64,000 nt of DNA, from assembly GCA_050331595.1 (NCBI GenBank), contig JBHJGQ010000004.1:140262-204261 (forward strand). The letters run 5' to 3'. This DNA is from Opitutales bacterium. Lineage in GTDB: Bacteria > Verrucomicrobiota > Verrucomicrobiia > Opitutales > JBHJGM01. This document shows, one piece after another, positions 43,304 through 53,017 of the stretch (positions within the stretch are counted from its first letter, which is position 1; each line of letters opens with the position of its first letter). Under the pieces are notes generated by a model, which was not told where the DNA came from, searched no databases, and saw only the letters and a list, made by a program, of their open reading frames with translations. The position numbers were made by a program, and so were the translations under genes.

Positions 43304-44371
43304 CTACAGGCTTGGAGGTCGCCCGTGCCAGTGCGTGGCGAGGGCCACCCGATTCTCCAGCCCGAGCTTCTCCAGGATGTGCTCGACGTGCTTGGCGACA
43401 GTGCGCGGACTGATGCCCAGGATGGTCGCGATCTCGGGATTGGATTTGCCCTGCGCGACCCAATGGCTGACCTCGCCTTCGCGCTGGGTGAGCGTTGCCG
43501 GCGTCTGCGAGCCTGGTTGGACGAGGCGGAAATGCCCTTGAAAGCAGTCCGTTCCCGGATGCGGGGCCAGGCCCTCCAGGATCAGCTTACGGCCTTCGCC
43601 CAGCCGCCACTGTGCGTGCGTCTGAGCCCCTGCGATCAACGCGGGTAGCTGCTGACACAATTGATCGGGGAGCATGAACAGACCCTTTGAGCCGAGCCCG
43701 GTTTTGGCCAGGGCTTCACCGCCCCCAGCCGAGGCATGAAAGATCGCACCCTCGTCGCTGAAGATCACCAAGCCTCCCTGCGTGGCAAGACTGTCCCGGC
43801 TGCGGAAGCGGTCTTGCAGGGAGGATTGCACCTGGGCGATTAACGAATTGCGCAGATGCGCCACCGTGCTGATCGCCTCCAGAAAACGCGCCTCATCTTC
43901 GCTGAACCCGCTGCGCTTGCGGACATAGCAGCCGCCAGCCCAGACGCGCGGGAGCGGCTCGCTGTGATGAATCAACACGTACGGGCCGCCGAGCATCTTG
44001 TACACGTGCTCGTAGACATCGAGGCTCTGAAAATGCGGGATTCCGTACTCCTGCTCGATGTTGGCGGAGAAGCGCTGCAGCCTCCCTTCAAGTGCCTCAT
44101 GCGCGCGCGGCAGCTGATGGTTGAAATGGTAGAGATTCTCGCCGGCACGCAGCACGTCGGTGGTCGGTTTCTCGCTGGCGGCAATCTCGTTGAAGCTCGT
44201 CTCCAAATCATGCAGCGCAAAGCCGCCAAATTCGGCCCCGATCAGCTCGGTGATTTCGGTGGCCAGGTACCGGCCAACCTCACTGGTAGTCTCAAGCCGA
44301 CTGATCGTCGCGATACACTCAGGCAGGCGTTGCAAGAGGTCGGGGCGGGGTCGGTTCTGCCAGGCTTTCAT
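43304..44371 (-). CDS. LuxR family transcriptional regulator with N-terminal sensory region
   Basis: C-terminal HTH 'LTQREGEVSHWVAQGKSNPEIATILGISPRTVAKHVEHILEKLGLENRVALA'. Confidence 0.8.
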   Translation of the reverse strand: MKAWQNRPRPDLLQRLPECIATISRLETTSEVGRYLATEITELIGAEFGGFALHDLETSFNEIAASEKPTTDVLRAGENLYHFNHQLPRAHEALEGRLQRFSANIEQEYGIPHFQSLDVYEHVYKMLGGPYVLIHHSEPLPRVWAGGCYVRKRSGFSEDEARFLEAISTVAHLRNSLIAQVQSSLQDRFRSRDSLATQGGLVIFSDEGAIFHASAGGGEALAKTGLGSKGLFMLPDQLCQQLPALIAGAQTHAQWRLGEGRKLILEGLAPHPGTDCFQGHFRLVQPGSQTPATLTQREGEVSHWVAQGKSNPEIATILGISPRTVAKHVEHILEKLGLENRVALATHWHGRPPSL

Positions 44372-44567
44372 CGGCGGTTCTAGGGTGGGTCTGGACCAAG
44401 TCTCCGAGGGACGCCGATGAGGTGTTGTATTCCGTAGGATGAGATACTCCAGCCCAAAGGGCGTTTAGGGTCATCTTTATACGCAGATGTACGTATTCCC
44501 GGTGAAAAGCACAGCTGATAGAGTTACACGCACGCAGCCACGCTTAACGTTCCACGTCCTCTTGCTT

Positions 44568-44744
44568 ATGTCGCAGTTCGATGCAGACGATCTCGCCGCC
44601 GATGCGCAGACAGAGATTTGCCTGACCCTACCTGAAAACATGGTCCGCGCGCTGGAGAGCCAGGCGAACATCCGCGGGCTGAACCTCGAGCAATGGGTAG
44701 CCCAAGCCATCCGCGAATTGGCCGAGGACGGTGGCTCAAATTAG
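44568..44744 (+). CDS. Small ribbon-helix-helix-like protein (58 aa), orphan
   Basis: 'EICLTLPENMVRALESQANIRGLNLEQWVAQAIREL' fits a beta-strand/helix/helix CopG-like pattern. There is no partner gene downstream. Weak call. Confidence 0.3.
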   Translation: MSQFDADDLAADAQTEICLTLPENMVRALESQANIRGLNLEQWVAQAIRELAEDGGSN

Positions 44745-44917
44745 GGCGCCGCAAAGTTCAATTTATTGAACATCAATCTAAAATTTTAAACTCAATTGGA
44801 CGGCGGGCCGCCAGTCTAAGCCGATCGAGTTGACTCGCTACAAGCGGGCAATCCAGGGCGGAGGGTGTTTGTTTCAATTAGGTTCGCGACATTCGTTGGC
44901 GCGATGCTCGCTCGAGG

Positions 44918-46516
44918 TCAGCCTTGGCCGATCCAGTACAACCCGAGGTACACGCCGACGACCGCTACGAGAACGAACGCGCCAAAGGGCAGGGCGAAGC
45001 GCCACGGCTTCAGATCCACCCGTGAGGTGCCCGAATCCGTGAGCGGTTCCTGAACAGTAACCGGCTGCAGGTGGCCCCACACCAGCATGATGGCCGTGGG
45101 CACCGCCGCGCAAAAGGCCAACGTGTGCAACCAGTGCACTTCCAAGCCGAAAACGTGGTTATCCAGAACGAAGGACAGCACGATGTACAGGATCCCGCCG
45201 ACGAAGAAGGCCACCTTGGCCGCGATCGCCGGCACCTTTGGGTTAAACATCCCCACCAGGATCACGACCGGCAGCGCGCAGAAAATCGAGCCTAGCTGCT
45301 TCATCAAGTTGAAGAGGCCCTCGCCCGACTTGGAGATAAAGGGCGCAGCGCAGATGGAGGCCAACGCGATGACAACCCCGAAGACCTTTCCGGCGGCGAT
45401 CAGCTCGGACTCGCCAACGGTTTTGCGCAGGGGTTTGTAGACGTTGAGGCTGAAGATGGTGGCGGCACTGTTGAGCGTGCTGTTGAACGAACTCAGGACG
45501 GCCCCAAACAATACCGCACCGAAAAAGCCCGCCAGCCAGCCGGGCAGCACCTGCTGAACGAGATCGGGATAGGCGTCGTCGCCCTTGGCCAGGTCCGGGC
45601 CCAGCAGGTGCCAAGCGATGATGCCAGGAAGCACCAGGTAGAGCGGCCCCCACAGCTTCATCGTGGCGGCGAAGAGAATGCCCTTTTGCCCCTGCTCGAG
45701 GCTGCCGGAGGCGAGCGTGCGCTGAATGATGTACTGTGTGGTGCACCAGTAGGCAAAGTTGATGTACAGCATGCCGGTGAAGAGCGTGCTGAAGGGGACG
45801 TCGGCGTCCTCGTCGCCCACCGGGTTGAGGCGCTCGGGCGCACGGCTGGTGAGCGTGTCGACACCCTCGAGAAAACTGCCGTCGCCCAGGGCAACCAGGG
45901 CGAAGCCCGGCACGAGCAAACCCCCGATGAACAAACCCACGCCGTTGATGGTGTCTGATACCGCTACCGCGCGCAGCCCGCCACCGATGGCGTAGATGCT
46001 GCCGACCACGCCCGTGAGCACGATCATCAGCAGCAGCGATTGGCCCTCGGACAGACCGAGCAACTCCTCGGTCTGGAAGATTGCGTTCAGCGCCAGCGCC
46101 CCCGAATACAGGATGAAAGGCATGACCAGGAAAATCATGCCGAAGAGGCTGGCCGCGGTGAAAATGTTGCGCACGCCCCGGTCGAAGCGCTGCTCCACGA
46201 AATCCGGCGTGGTGGCGATGCCCCGGCGCAGGTACTCCTTGAGCATGTACAGCGCCATGAAAACCATCGTGACCGCGGCGACGACCTCCCAGGCCATGAC
46301 CACCATGCCGTTGGTGTAGGCGTTGCCGTTCAGCCCCACCATTTGCTCGGAGGAGAGGTTGGTCAGCAGCAGCGAGCCGCCAATGAAGTACCAGCGCAGG
46401 CTGCGTCCGCCCAAAAAGTAGCCGTCCGCTGTGGTGCGGTCGCTCCCGCGTGTCTTCAGCCAGGAGACGACGGCCACGAGGCCGGTAAAAAGGAGAAACG
46501 AAACGAGAGTCCACAC
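44918..46516 (-). CDS. Sodium:solute symporter (SSS/SGLT family)
   Basis: 'DGYFLGGRSLRWYFIGGSLLLTNLSSEQMVGLNGNAY' is the SGLT-type signature region. About 14 TM segments. Confidence 0.9.
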   Translation of the reverse strand: MWTLVSFLLFTGLVAVVSWLKTRGSDRTTADGYFLGGRSLRWYFIGGSLLLTNLSSEQMVGLNGNAYTNGMVVMAWEVVAAVTMVFMALYMLKEYLRRGIATTPDFVEQRFDRGVRNIFTAASLFGMIFLVMPFILYSGALALNAIFQTEELLGLSEGQSLLLMIVLTGVVGSIYAIGGGLRAVAVSDTINGVGLFIGGLLVPGFALVALGDGSFLEGVDTLTSRAPERLNPVGDEDADVPFSTLFTGMLYINFAYWCTTQYIIQRTLASGSLEQGQKGILFAATMKLWGPLYLVLPGIIAWHLLGPDLAKGDDAYPDLVQQVLPGWLAGFFGAVLFGAVLSSFNSTLNSAATIFSLNVYKPLRKTVGESELIAAGKVFGVVIALASICAAPFISKSGEGLFNLMKQLGSIFCALPVVILVGMFNPKVPAIAAKVAFFVGGILYIVLSFVLDNHVFGLEVHWLHTLAFCAAVPTAIMLVWGHLQPVTVQEPLTDSGTSRVDLKPWRFALPFGAFVLVAVVGVYLGLYWIGQG

Positions 46517-46819
46517 GATGCTCTGGAGGGGTAGGGGTGCGCCAGGGTTTCCTTTCTAACACCGCCTGCCCTGCCTGAGCGCAAGCTTATCCCGGGCTCT
46601 GCGTGACTACGCGTTCCTCTGTTTTGAGTAATTATCGGTGGTTGTCTTGCGCATTGTGGACGTGACGTACCGCGCGTAAGAGGCATAAAAAAAGCCGGGC
46701 CCCCAGACCGCTGGAGCGGTGTTGAAGGCCCGGCTGCGAAGTTGTGTGAACGTACTTTGATCGGCGTGATTCTAGCCTCGGGATATCCGTCGCATGGTTG
46801 CCGAATCACGCAGTGGGCG

Positions 46820-49800
46820 TCAGCTGCCGCCGGGAATCTCGATGTAGTCGACGTTGGGGCTGTGACTGTAGCGCGCCTCCAGCGTGATCACGTTGGTGCC
46901 GGCGTTGAGGTTGACGGAGACGTTTTTGTCGGTCCAGGTCGTCCAGCCCCCGGTTGGGTCGAGCCCCCAGATGGTCCGGACGAAGGTGCCGTTGACGTGC
47001 AGGTCGATGGCCGAGGCGTAGGAGCGCCCATTGGCGTAGCGGAGGGTCATGGTGACGTTGCCAGCGGACGCCAGATCCACGCTGTCGAACTCGATGGTGT
47101 CGCCTGCGTTTTGGAAGTCGGCGTAGCCGCCGCCGTTCGCCCCGCCTCCGGTGGCTTGAAGGACACCGGTCAGGTCGGCGTTTTCGGCCTCGTAGAGAGG
47201 TCCTTCCGCGCTGCCGCCGCCATTGCCTGCACCGGAACCGCCACCGCCCGAACCGCCACTGGCACCGGGAATCTCGATGTAGTCGACGCTGGGGCTGTGG
47301 CTGTAACGCGCATGCAGACCGATGGTGTTGGTGCCGGCGTTGAGGTTGACGGAGACGTTTTTGTCGGTCCAGGTCGTCCAGCCCCCGGTTGGGTCGAGCC
47401 CCCAGATCGTCTGGACGAAGGTGCCGTTGACGTAGAGGTCGATGGCCGAGCCATACGAGCGCCCGTTGGCGTAACGCAGGGTCATCGTAGTGGGGCCTGC
47501 GGTGGAGACATTCACGTTGGTGAACTCGATGGCGTCGCCCGCGGCCAGGTAATCGACGTAGCCGCTGCCCTCGGCGTTACCGCCGCTGAGGATCGTCGCG
47601 CCTGTGACGGAAGCGTTCTCGGCCTGGAAACGCGGGCCCTCGCCGCCGCTTCCGCTTCCACCACTGCTGCCGCTGGGGGTGCCATTGATGACGAGGTTGT
47701 CGATGGCTCCGAAGCGAGCCGCGCCCTGGGCATCGCGCTTCTCGTACCAGTAGAACTCGAGGCTGCGCAGACCAACCATATCCGGCTCGACCGTAGTCAT
47801 CGGTACCTTCTGCAGGTCCAGGTTGTAGATCTCCTCCAGGAGGTCGCCGTTCAGGGTCGTGCCCACGATGCGGACGCTGCCCTGGTTGGTCACCGAGTCG
47901 CCCTGGAACATCGCCAGATCCACGCGCGTGAGGTCGAAGGCGTTGCCGTTGGTACGCTCGAGCAGTTGGCGCGAGTTCCAATTCTTCCCGCGCAGGATGG
48001 TGGACTCCCAGCCCGTCGGCCAGCCTGGGCCATTTTCGTCCTGAAGCATCAGCGCTGCTCCGGCACTGGCGCCGGTCGAAGTGAACTGGTAGGCGCCGAT
48101 CGTGAGTGGTTCGGCGATCGGCGAGGCCGACGTCGTCAGTCCAGCGAAGTTGATCGTCACCTCCGGATCGGTGGACCGCGCCAAACACTGGACGGTGAAT
48201 GTCCGCCAGGCCGGGTCGCCGTCCGCGTCGATGACGCGCAGGTAGACGTAGCACACGCCATTTTCAGTCGGGCTGCCCGAGATTGTCCGGTTGCCCGCAT
48301 TGAAGGTCATCCCCGGCACCAGGAACGCGCCGATCAGATCGTAGGACAGCGCCCCATTGCCGCCCGATGCCTGCAGTTGCTGGCTGTAGGACGTACCCAC
48401 CTCTGCTCGTGGCAGCTCCGCGGGCGTCGTGAACGACGGCACGGCTCCCTGCGGATTGTGAATGGAGCGGATGGATTGGAACTCGTCGATGAAATCGAGG
48501 ATGAACTTGTACTTGATGGCTTCGTTGAGATCTTGACCCAGGTACTCGAGGTGGCCCCACTGGCCAAACTTGCCCCACTGGCTGATGTCGGTGAACATCG
48601 AGTGCGCGCGCAGCCCTCGCTCGAAGGCCTGGTTAAGGTGCACGCGGTAGACGTCGGCAAAGTGCGGGTGCCGGTTCATCGTCTCCATAAACAGGGTGAT
48701 GGAGTCGTCCTCGGGGGCGCCGCCGTCCACCCCGTCGGTGTAGATGGACGGGCCACCTTCGTAGGCAACGATCGGCAGATTGCGCTGCTGGCTGATGTCC
48801 CGAACATAGGCTCGGAATCCGCCGGAGACCGCCACGTTGTCACGCCCGGTGTTGCCGTCGTAGCCAAAGCCGGCCAGGACGTAGCGCATCCACACATCGT
48901 AAAGCTCATCGAGGTCATCTTCGATCTGCGCACCCGTCCAGTAGCTGCTGGTCCACGGGGTACTGCCGCCGGGTAAGCTCACGTTGTCGAGCGCCCAGAA
49001 CTGGATGCCGTTGCCGAAATAGGTCGTCACCGACAGGATTTCAGGCTCGAGCAAGCTGCTGTTGTTGTAGAACTCATCGATGAAGCTGCTCGTGTAATTT
49101 TCGCTGGCGGTGAAGACTGCCGCCGTGCGGATGACACGACTGGTTCCGAGCACTTGCTCGAAAATGTCCCAGGTGCGCGAGAACTGGCGCGCGTTGAATT
49201 GAGCTGTGCTGATGCCCTGCTCGCTCGCGCGATCGCTGGCCCAATTGCCCTGCGGGAAGCTGTTGTTGCCCGCCCAGATTTCGTTGGAGAACTCCACGTA
49301 GACCTTGAGGTTAGCATTCAACGGTGGATAGACGGGGTTGCTCTGGTTCGAGGTGTACGGATTGACGCCGTTGGAGCCGTAGCGAATCAGCCGGGCCACT
49401 TTGCGGATGTAGTCATCGGTGGCCAGGTGCGGAATGGTGACCCATATGTCGTTGTTCGTCAGATTCGACAACAGCACTTGATACTCGTAGGCAACTCCCG
49501 TTGAGCGTTTGTCCGATGCGAAGACCGGCGAACCGTCGTTGCGGTAGTACAAAACCGAGCCCGGGGCCGGGTTGCGCGGGTTGATCACTCCGGCCTGAAA
49601 CGTGTCGGTCGGGCGGCGGCGGTCGACCCAATCCTGCTGGGGGCTGGCGTTGGTGACGTGCCAGTTCATGTAGCGGATGGCACCCCAGTCGCGGTCTTGC
49701 AGCCGGTCCAGATAGATGGGGTGGAACACTTCATCCTCCAGGGAGGCGTTGTTCCAGTTGTCCGGGTCGGGCAACCAGGCGCGTATTTGCGTTGGCGGAT

Positions 49801-50365
49801 TCGAGGAATCCACACCGTGAATCTCGACGTTGAAGCGTCCGGTCGTTGTGTAGACGCGCCGGCCGTTCGTCACGAGTCCGCTGGCCGAGCCGGACTTGAG
49901 GGTGGAGCCCCCGCCGACCACGCGGATGTCCGCGCGGCCCTGCCATTCCAGGACAACCTGACCGGCAAACATGTTGTGTCCGTTGTAGAGGGTGCGGTCC
50001 GGCCAATTCGCTGGTTTATGATAACCGGGACCGCCGCCGTAGCCGACCTCGGCGCGCAGAATTTGGCCTGGGTCCAGATACAGCGGGTTGCCGTCGAGGC
50101 TGATCTGATTCGAGGTGCGCGGAATCGTCGTGTTCGTGGCAACATCGCGCCAATTGCGTCCGTCGTGAGCCAAGCCGTTGGCAAAAACGGCGTTGCTGTA
50201 GTAGTTAACGCCTCCGGGATGATGGAGCACCGGCTTGAGGTCGGTGTTCGGGTTGAAGGCAGACAGTGAGGAGGGTAGAAGCGCCGCTGCCGTTAGAAGG
50301 CTGGCGACGGTAAGGCTGCGGGGCCAGGGGCAGGACCCGCGACGAGACATGGACAGGGATAACAT
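46820..50365 (-). CDS. Secreted multidomain glycan-active protein: unassigned clan-GH-A-like region + Ig-like (He_PIG-type) domain + two CBM6/35-like modules
   Basis: Signal peptide 'MLSLSMSRRGSCPWPRSLTVASLLTAAALLPSSLSA'. 'KVYVEFSNEIW' is a candidate acid/base NE motif. 'SYSQQLQASGGNGALSYDL...ISGSPT' is Ig-like. Two copies of 'F/YxAENA...GDxIEF...MTLRYANGRSY...WTTWTDKNVSVNLNAGTN...VDYIEIPG' are separated by Gly/Ser linkers. Confidence 0.72.
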   Translation of the reverse strand: MLSLSMSRRGSCPWPRSLTVASLLTAAALLPSSLSAFNPNTDLKPVLHHPGGVNYYSNAVFANGLAHDGRNWRDVATNTTIPRTSNQISLDGNPLYLDPGQILRAEVGYGGGPGYHKPANWPDRTLYNGHNMFAGQVVLEWQGRADIRVVGGGSTLKSGSASGLVTNGRRVYTTTGRFNVEIHGVDSSNPPTQIRAWLPDPDNWNNASLEDEVFHPIYLDRLQDRDWGAIRYMNWHVTNASPQQDWVDRRRPTDTFQAGVINPRNPAPGSVLYYRNDGSPVFASDKRSTGVAYEYQVLLSNLTNNDIWVTIPHLATDDYIRKVARLIRYGSNGVNPYTSNQSNPVYPPLNANLKVYVEFSNEIWAGNNSFPQGNWASDRASEQGISTAQFNARQFSRTWDIFEQVLGTSRVIRTAAVFTASENYTSSFIDEFYNNSSLLEPEILSVTTYFGNGIQFWALDNVSLPGGSTPWTSSYWTGAQIEDDLDELYDVWMRYVLAGFGYDGNTGRDNVAVSGGFRAYVRDISQQRNLPIVAYEGGPSIYTDGVDGGAPEDDSITLFMETMNRHPHFADVYRVHLNQAFERGLRAHSMFTDISQWGKFGQWGHLEYLGQDLNEAIKYKFILDFIDEFQSIRSIHNPQGAVPSFTTPAELPRAEVGTSYSQQLQASGGNGALSYDLIGAFLVPGMTFNAGNRTISGSPTENGVCYVYLRVIDADGDPAWRTFTVQCLARSTDPEVTINFAGLTTSASPIAEPLTIGAYQFTSTGASAGAALMLQDENGPGWPTGWESTILRGKNWNSRQLLERTNGNAFDLTRVDLAMFQGDSVTNQGSVRIVGTTLNGDLLEEIYNLDLQKVPMTTVEPDMVGLRSLEFYWYEKRDAQGAARFGAIDNLVINGTPSGSSGGSGSGGEGPRFQAENASVTGATILSGGNAEGSGYVDYLAAGDAIEFTNVNVSTAGPTTMTLRYANGRSYGSAIDLYVNGTFVQTIWGLDPTGGWTTWTDKNVSVNLNAGTNTIGLHARYSHSPSVDYIEIPGASGGSGGGGSGAGNGGGSAEGPLYEAENADLTGVLQATGGGANGGGYADFQNAGDTIEFDSVDLASAGNVTMTLRYANGRSYASAIDLHVNGTFVRTIWGLDPTGGWTTWTDKNVSVNLNAGTNVITLEARYSHSPNVDYIEIPGGS
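46823..47650 (-). repeat. Intragenic tandem duplication (period 435 nt) encoding the two CBM modules
   Basis: An 81-nt stretch is identical in both copies (46892-46972 and 47327-47407: gttggtgccggcgttgaggttgacggagacg...gagcccccagat). The flanks diverge. Confidence 0.85.
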
Positions 50366-50859
50366 AGCAATCCTGTGGGTTTTTGAGTGGACGAGACAAA
50401 GGGGCCGCAACGCGCGAAAACTCGACGCCCGTGCTGCCCGAGAGGGGTATGGACATGCTTCAAAGCAGGCCAAAGGGACAAATGGGAACGGCAACCGCTT
50501 GAGGTTGCTTCCAGTGGCGATTCTATCAGAGCGTGAGCGCCACTGTTGGCGAAGGGGTAGAGCCGCCAGCTATCGTTCACATAGAAACGCTAACGACCTG
50601 TTACTTTCGGTAGCAAACAAAAAATAATATGTATACGTGGACCCACAATGTCATAGACAATAGACAGGGGTATGCGCACGCTTGGGTTCGACACTCCTGA
50701 AGCTTAGTGACAACGTCCAGCATTTTCTTTACAAAGCATTGGTGCCAGCTGCGATTTTGAGGTGCCAAGTGCTTGCCTTGCTAAGGACAGAGAAGCTGAG
50801 TGAATCATTGCTAATACATAATCTTATAACTTGGACGCCTGTCCAGGGTGCATCAGGAT

Positions 50860-51909
50860 ATGAGTAAGCGTATCGTATTGAAAGACGTCGCGGAGGCGGC
50901 GGGCGTCAGCGTGGCCACGGCGTCACGGGCTCTGGCAAACAGCACGCTGCTGAAGACAGACACCGTTGAACGCGTGCGGCGCATCGCTGATGAATTGGGC
51001 TACCGTCCGGACCCGGGGTTGAGTTCGTTGGCCGCTTATCGCGGAGCTACGCGGGACCGCAAGCAATACGCCACGATCGCTTACCTGAATTACTGGCATC
51101 ACGACGATGAGTGGCCGGAGTTTGCGCAGGATTTCTACGAGGGCGCGCGTCAACAAGCAGCGAAGTTTGGATGGAAACTGGAGAGCTATCCACTGGCGCG
51201 TACGGTTGAATCTCAACGCGCGTTAAGCCGAACACTTTACAACCGCAATATACGCGGTGTGATCGTGAGTTCGTTGCCCCGGGATGGCTGGCACGTTGAG
51301 CTGCAATGGGAACAGTTTGCCGCCGTGGCTTCCGGCTTCACCCTGGAGGTACCCAAACTGCACGGGGTTGCTTACTCTCAACACGCGACGGTGTGGGAAT
51401 CCTTTGAGGTTCTGCATAAGCGTGGCTGTCGGCAAATCGCCTATGTGTCGGAGCTGGTGTATGAGGAACGACACCAGTACCGTGGGTTTGGCGGGGCGGT
51501 CGGTTACCAGCAGGCGCACAAGCTGCCGTCACTGACGTACATTCTGTCGAAATCGGAGAAGCCAGAAATGTTGAATCGATGGCTGGTCCGCAAACGAGTG
51601 GATTCCATCGTGGGCGACTCGGACTTTTTCATTGATGGATTGAAGACTATCGCGAACGAGCTTCCTGCTGACTTCAAAGTGGTCAGCCCGGTGTTTCATC
51701 CGAAGCATCCGCACATTGCGGGCGTGGCCCAGCGGCTCGATCGAGCGGGAGCGAATGCAGTGGACCAGGTGATTTCAATGATCCACCGCAACGAGTTCGG
51801 TATACCTGAGTCGCCCCATGTGACCCGTGTGGTGGGCGAATTTCAGGATGGGCCCAGCGCGCGAGACGGCTGGCGGATCGACGCGGCTGCGCCCGCGCGC
51901 AACGATTGA
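50860..51909 (+). CDS. LacI family transcriptional regulator
   Basis: 'MSKRIVLKDVAEAAGVSVATASRALANSTLLKTDTVERVRRIADELGYRPDP'. The gene is divergent from the CBM-protein gene. Confidence 0.87.
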   Translation: MSKRIVLKDVAEAAGVSVATASRALANSTLLKTDTVERVRRIADELGYRPDPGLSSLAAYRGATRDRKQYATIAYLNYWHHDDEWPEFAQDFYEGARQQAAKFGWKLESYPLARTVESQRALSRTLYNRNIRGVIVSSLPRDGWHVELQWEQFAAVASGFTLEVPKLHGVAYSQHATVWESFEVLHKRGCRQIAYVSELVYEERHQYRGFGGAVGYQQAHKLPSLTYILSKSEKPEMLNRWLVRKRVDSIVGDSDFFIDGLKTIANELPADFKVVSPVFHPKHPHIAGVAQRLDRAGANAVDQVISMIHRNEFGIPESPHVTRVVGEFQDGPSARDGWRIDAAAPARND

Positions 51910-51978
51910 TCCGCGTTGACAAAAAACGCCCGGCCCCTGAACAGGACCGGACGTTTGCTACGTTCTCAACTGTGTTAA

Positions 51979-52719
51979 CTAGCGGCGTGTATATCGCCGA
52001 CGGAACACTGCGACGACCAGAGAGAGGCCTCCAAAGAGGAGTGCGTAGGTCGACGGTTCCGGTACTGCGATAAAGCCAAAGTCTTCGAAGCGGGTGAAGT
52101 TGTCGGTGCCGATTTCAGCGGCGATGATCGGGTTGAGTTCCGAAGCTTCGTAGCCGAAGAAAATGGCGGCTTCTTCGGTGTTCACGTTCGGAATGGTTTC
52201 TGCGTCGTAGGCAATCTCGGTGCCGTCGGCCAACGTCAGCGTCAGGGTGACCGTGCGGGCGCCCACACGCGAAATGCCGGTCAGGCCGAAGTGGGTGAGC
52301 CCGCTGCCAAAGGACCAGGTCGCGCCACTGTTGTTAGCGATGCCGAGGTGGAAATCTCCCGAAATACCGACGGTACCCGAGTTGCCGGTAGCGTTACGCC
52401 CGAGGTTCTGCGTGCTGGTCAACGACAACACGTTGGAACCGCTGACGCCGTAGTTGATGTCAAACAACGGCGTCGCCGGGCCCCAGTCAGTTTCGAAGTC
52501 CCAGACGCCACCGGTGTCGGCGGCAAACGCGCTGGCAACGTCGGCCTGGAAGTCGACAAAGGAGATGTTGTTGCCGACCGCTTCGGCCGTAATGGTCGAG
52601 AGATTGTCGATTTGCTCGTCGTAGACGCCGACGGTGTCTACCGAGACCTGGCCTACAGCGGTCGCCGTGACGAAGGCCGCGGCGGAGTTTAAAAGAAGGA
52701 GGGATGATGTTGTTTTCAT
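51979..52719 (-). CDS. Secreted PEP-CTERM sorting-domain protein
   Basis: Signal peptide 'MKTTSSLLLLNSAAAFVTATAVGQ'. C-terminus 'VPEPSTYALLFGGLSLVVAVFRRRYTRR'. Confidence 0.75.
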   Translation of the reverse strand: MKTTSSLLLLNSAAAFVTATAVGQVSVDTVGVYDEQIDNLSTITAEAVGNNISFVDFQADVASAFAADTGGVWDFETDWGPATPLFDINYGVSGSNVLSLTSTQNLGRNATGNSGTVGISGDFHLGIANNSGATWSFGSGLTHFGLTGISRVGARTVTLTLTLADGTEIAYDAETIPNVNTEEAAIFFGYEASELNPIIAAEIGTDNFTRFEDFGFIAVPEPSTYALLFGGLSLVVAVFRRRYTRR

Positions 52720-53017
52720 GGATGGGTGATGGTGTCTTTCACTATATAAGATGAGGGGGACGGGTGGTCGCAAGACAGGGCATCTGCAAACAGTTGCAAT
52801 TTCGCCGCAATGTTGAGATCGACAAAACGATCTCAGAACCAGTTGACCTTGATTCGTGGACTCCGAAGAGCCTCTGCACCCATCGCTTGAAAGACAACTG
52901 AGTCCGCACTTGGCGGCGTGAACGGATTGACCTGAAGCTCTTCGCCCGGGGAGAAGACCGTCTCATGCCCCCGACGGATTGACAGGTAGCCACGCTTGCG
53001 GCCATGACTTCACGCCC

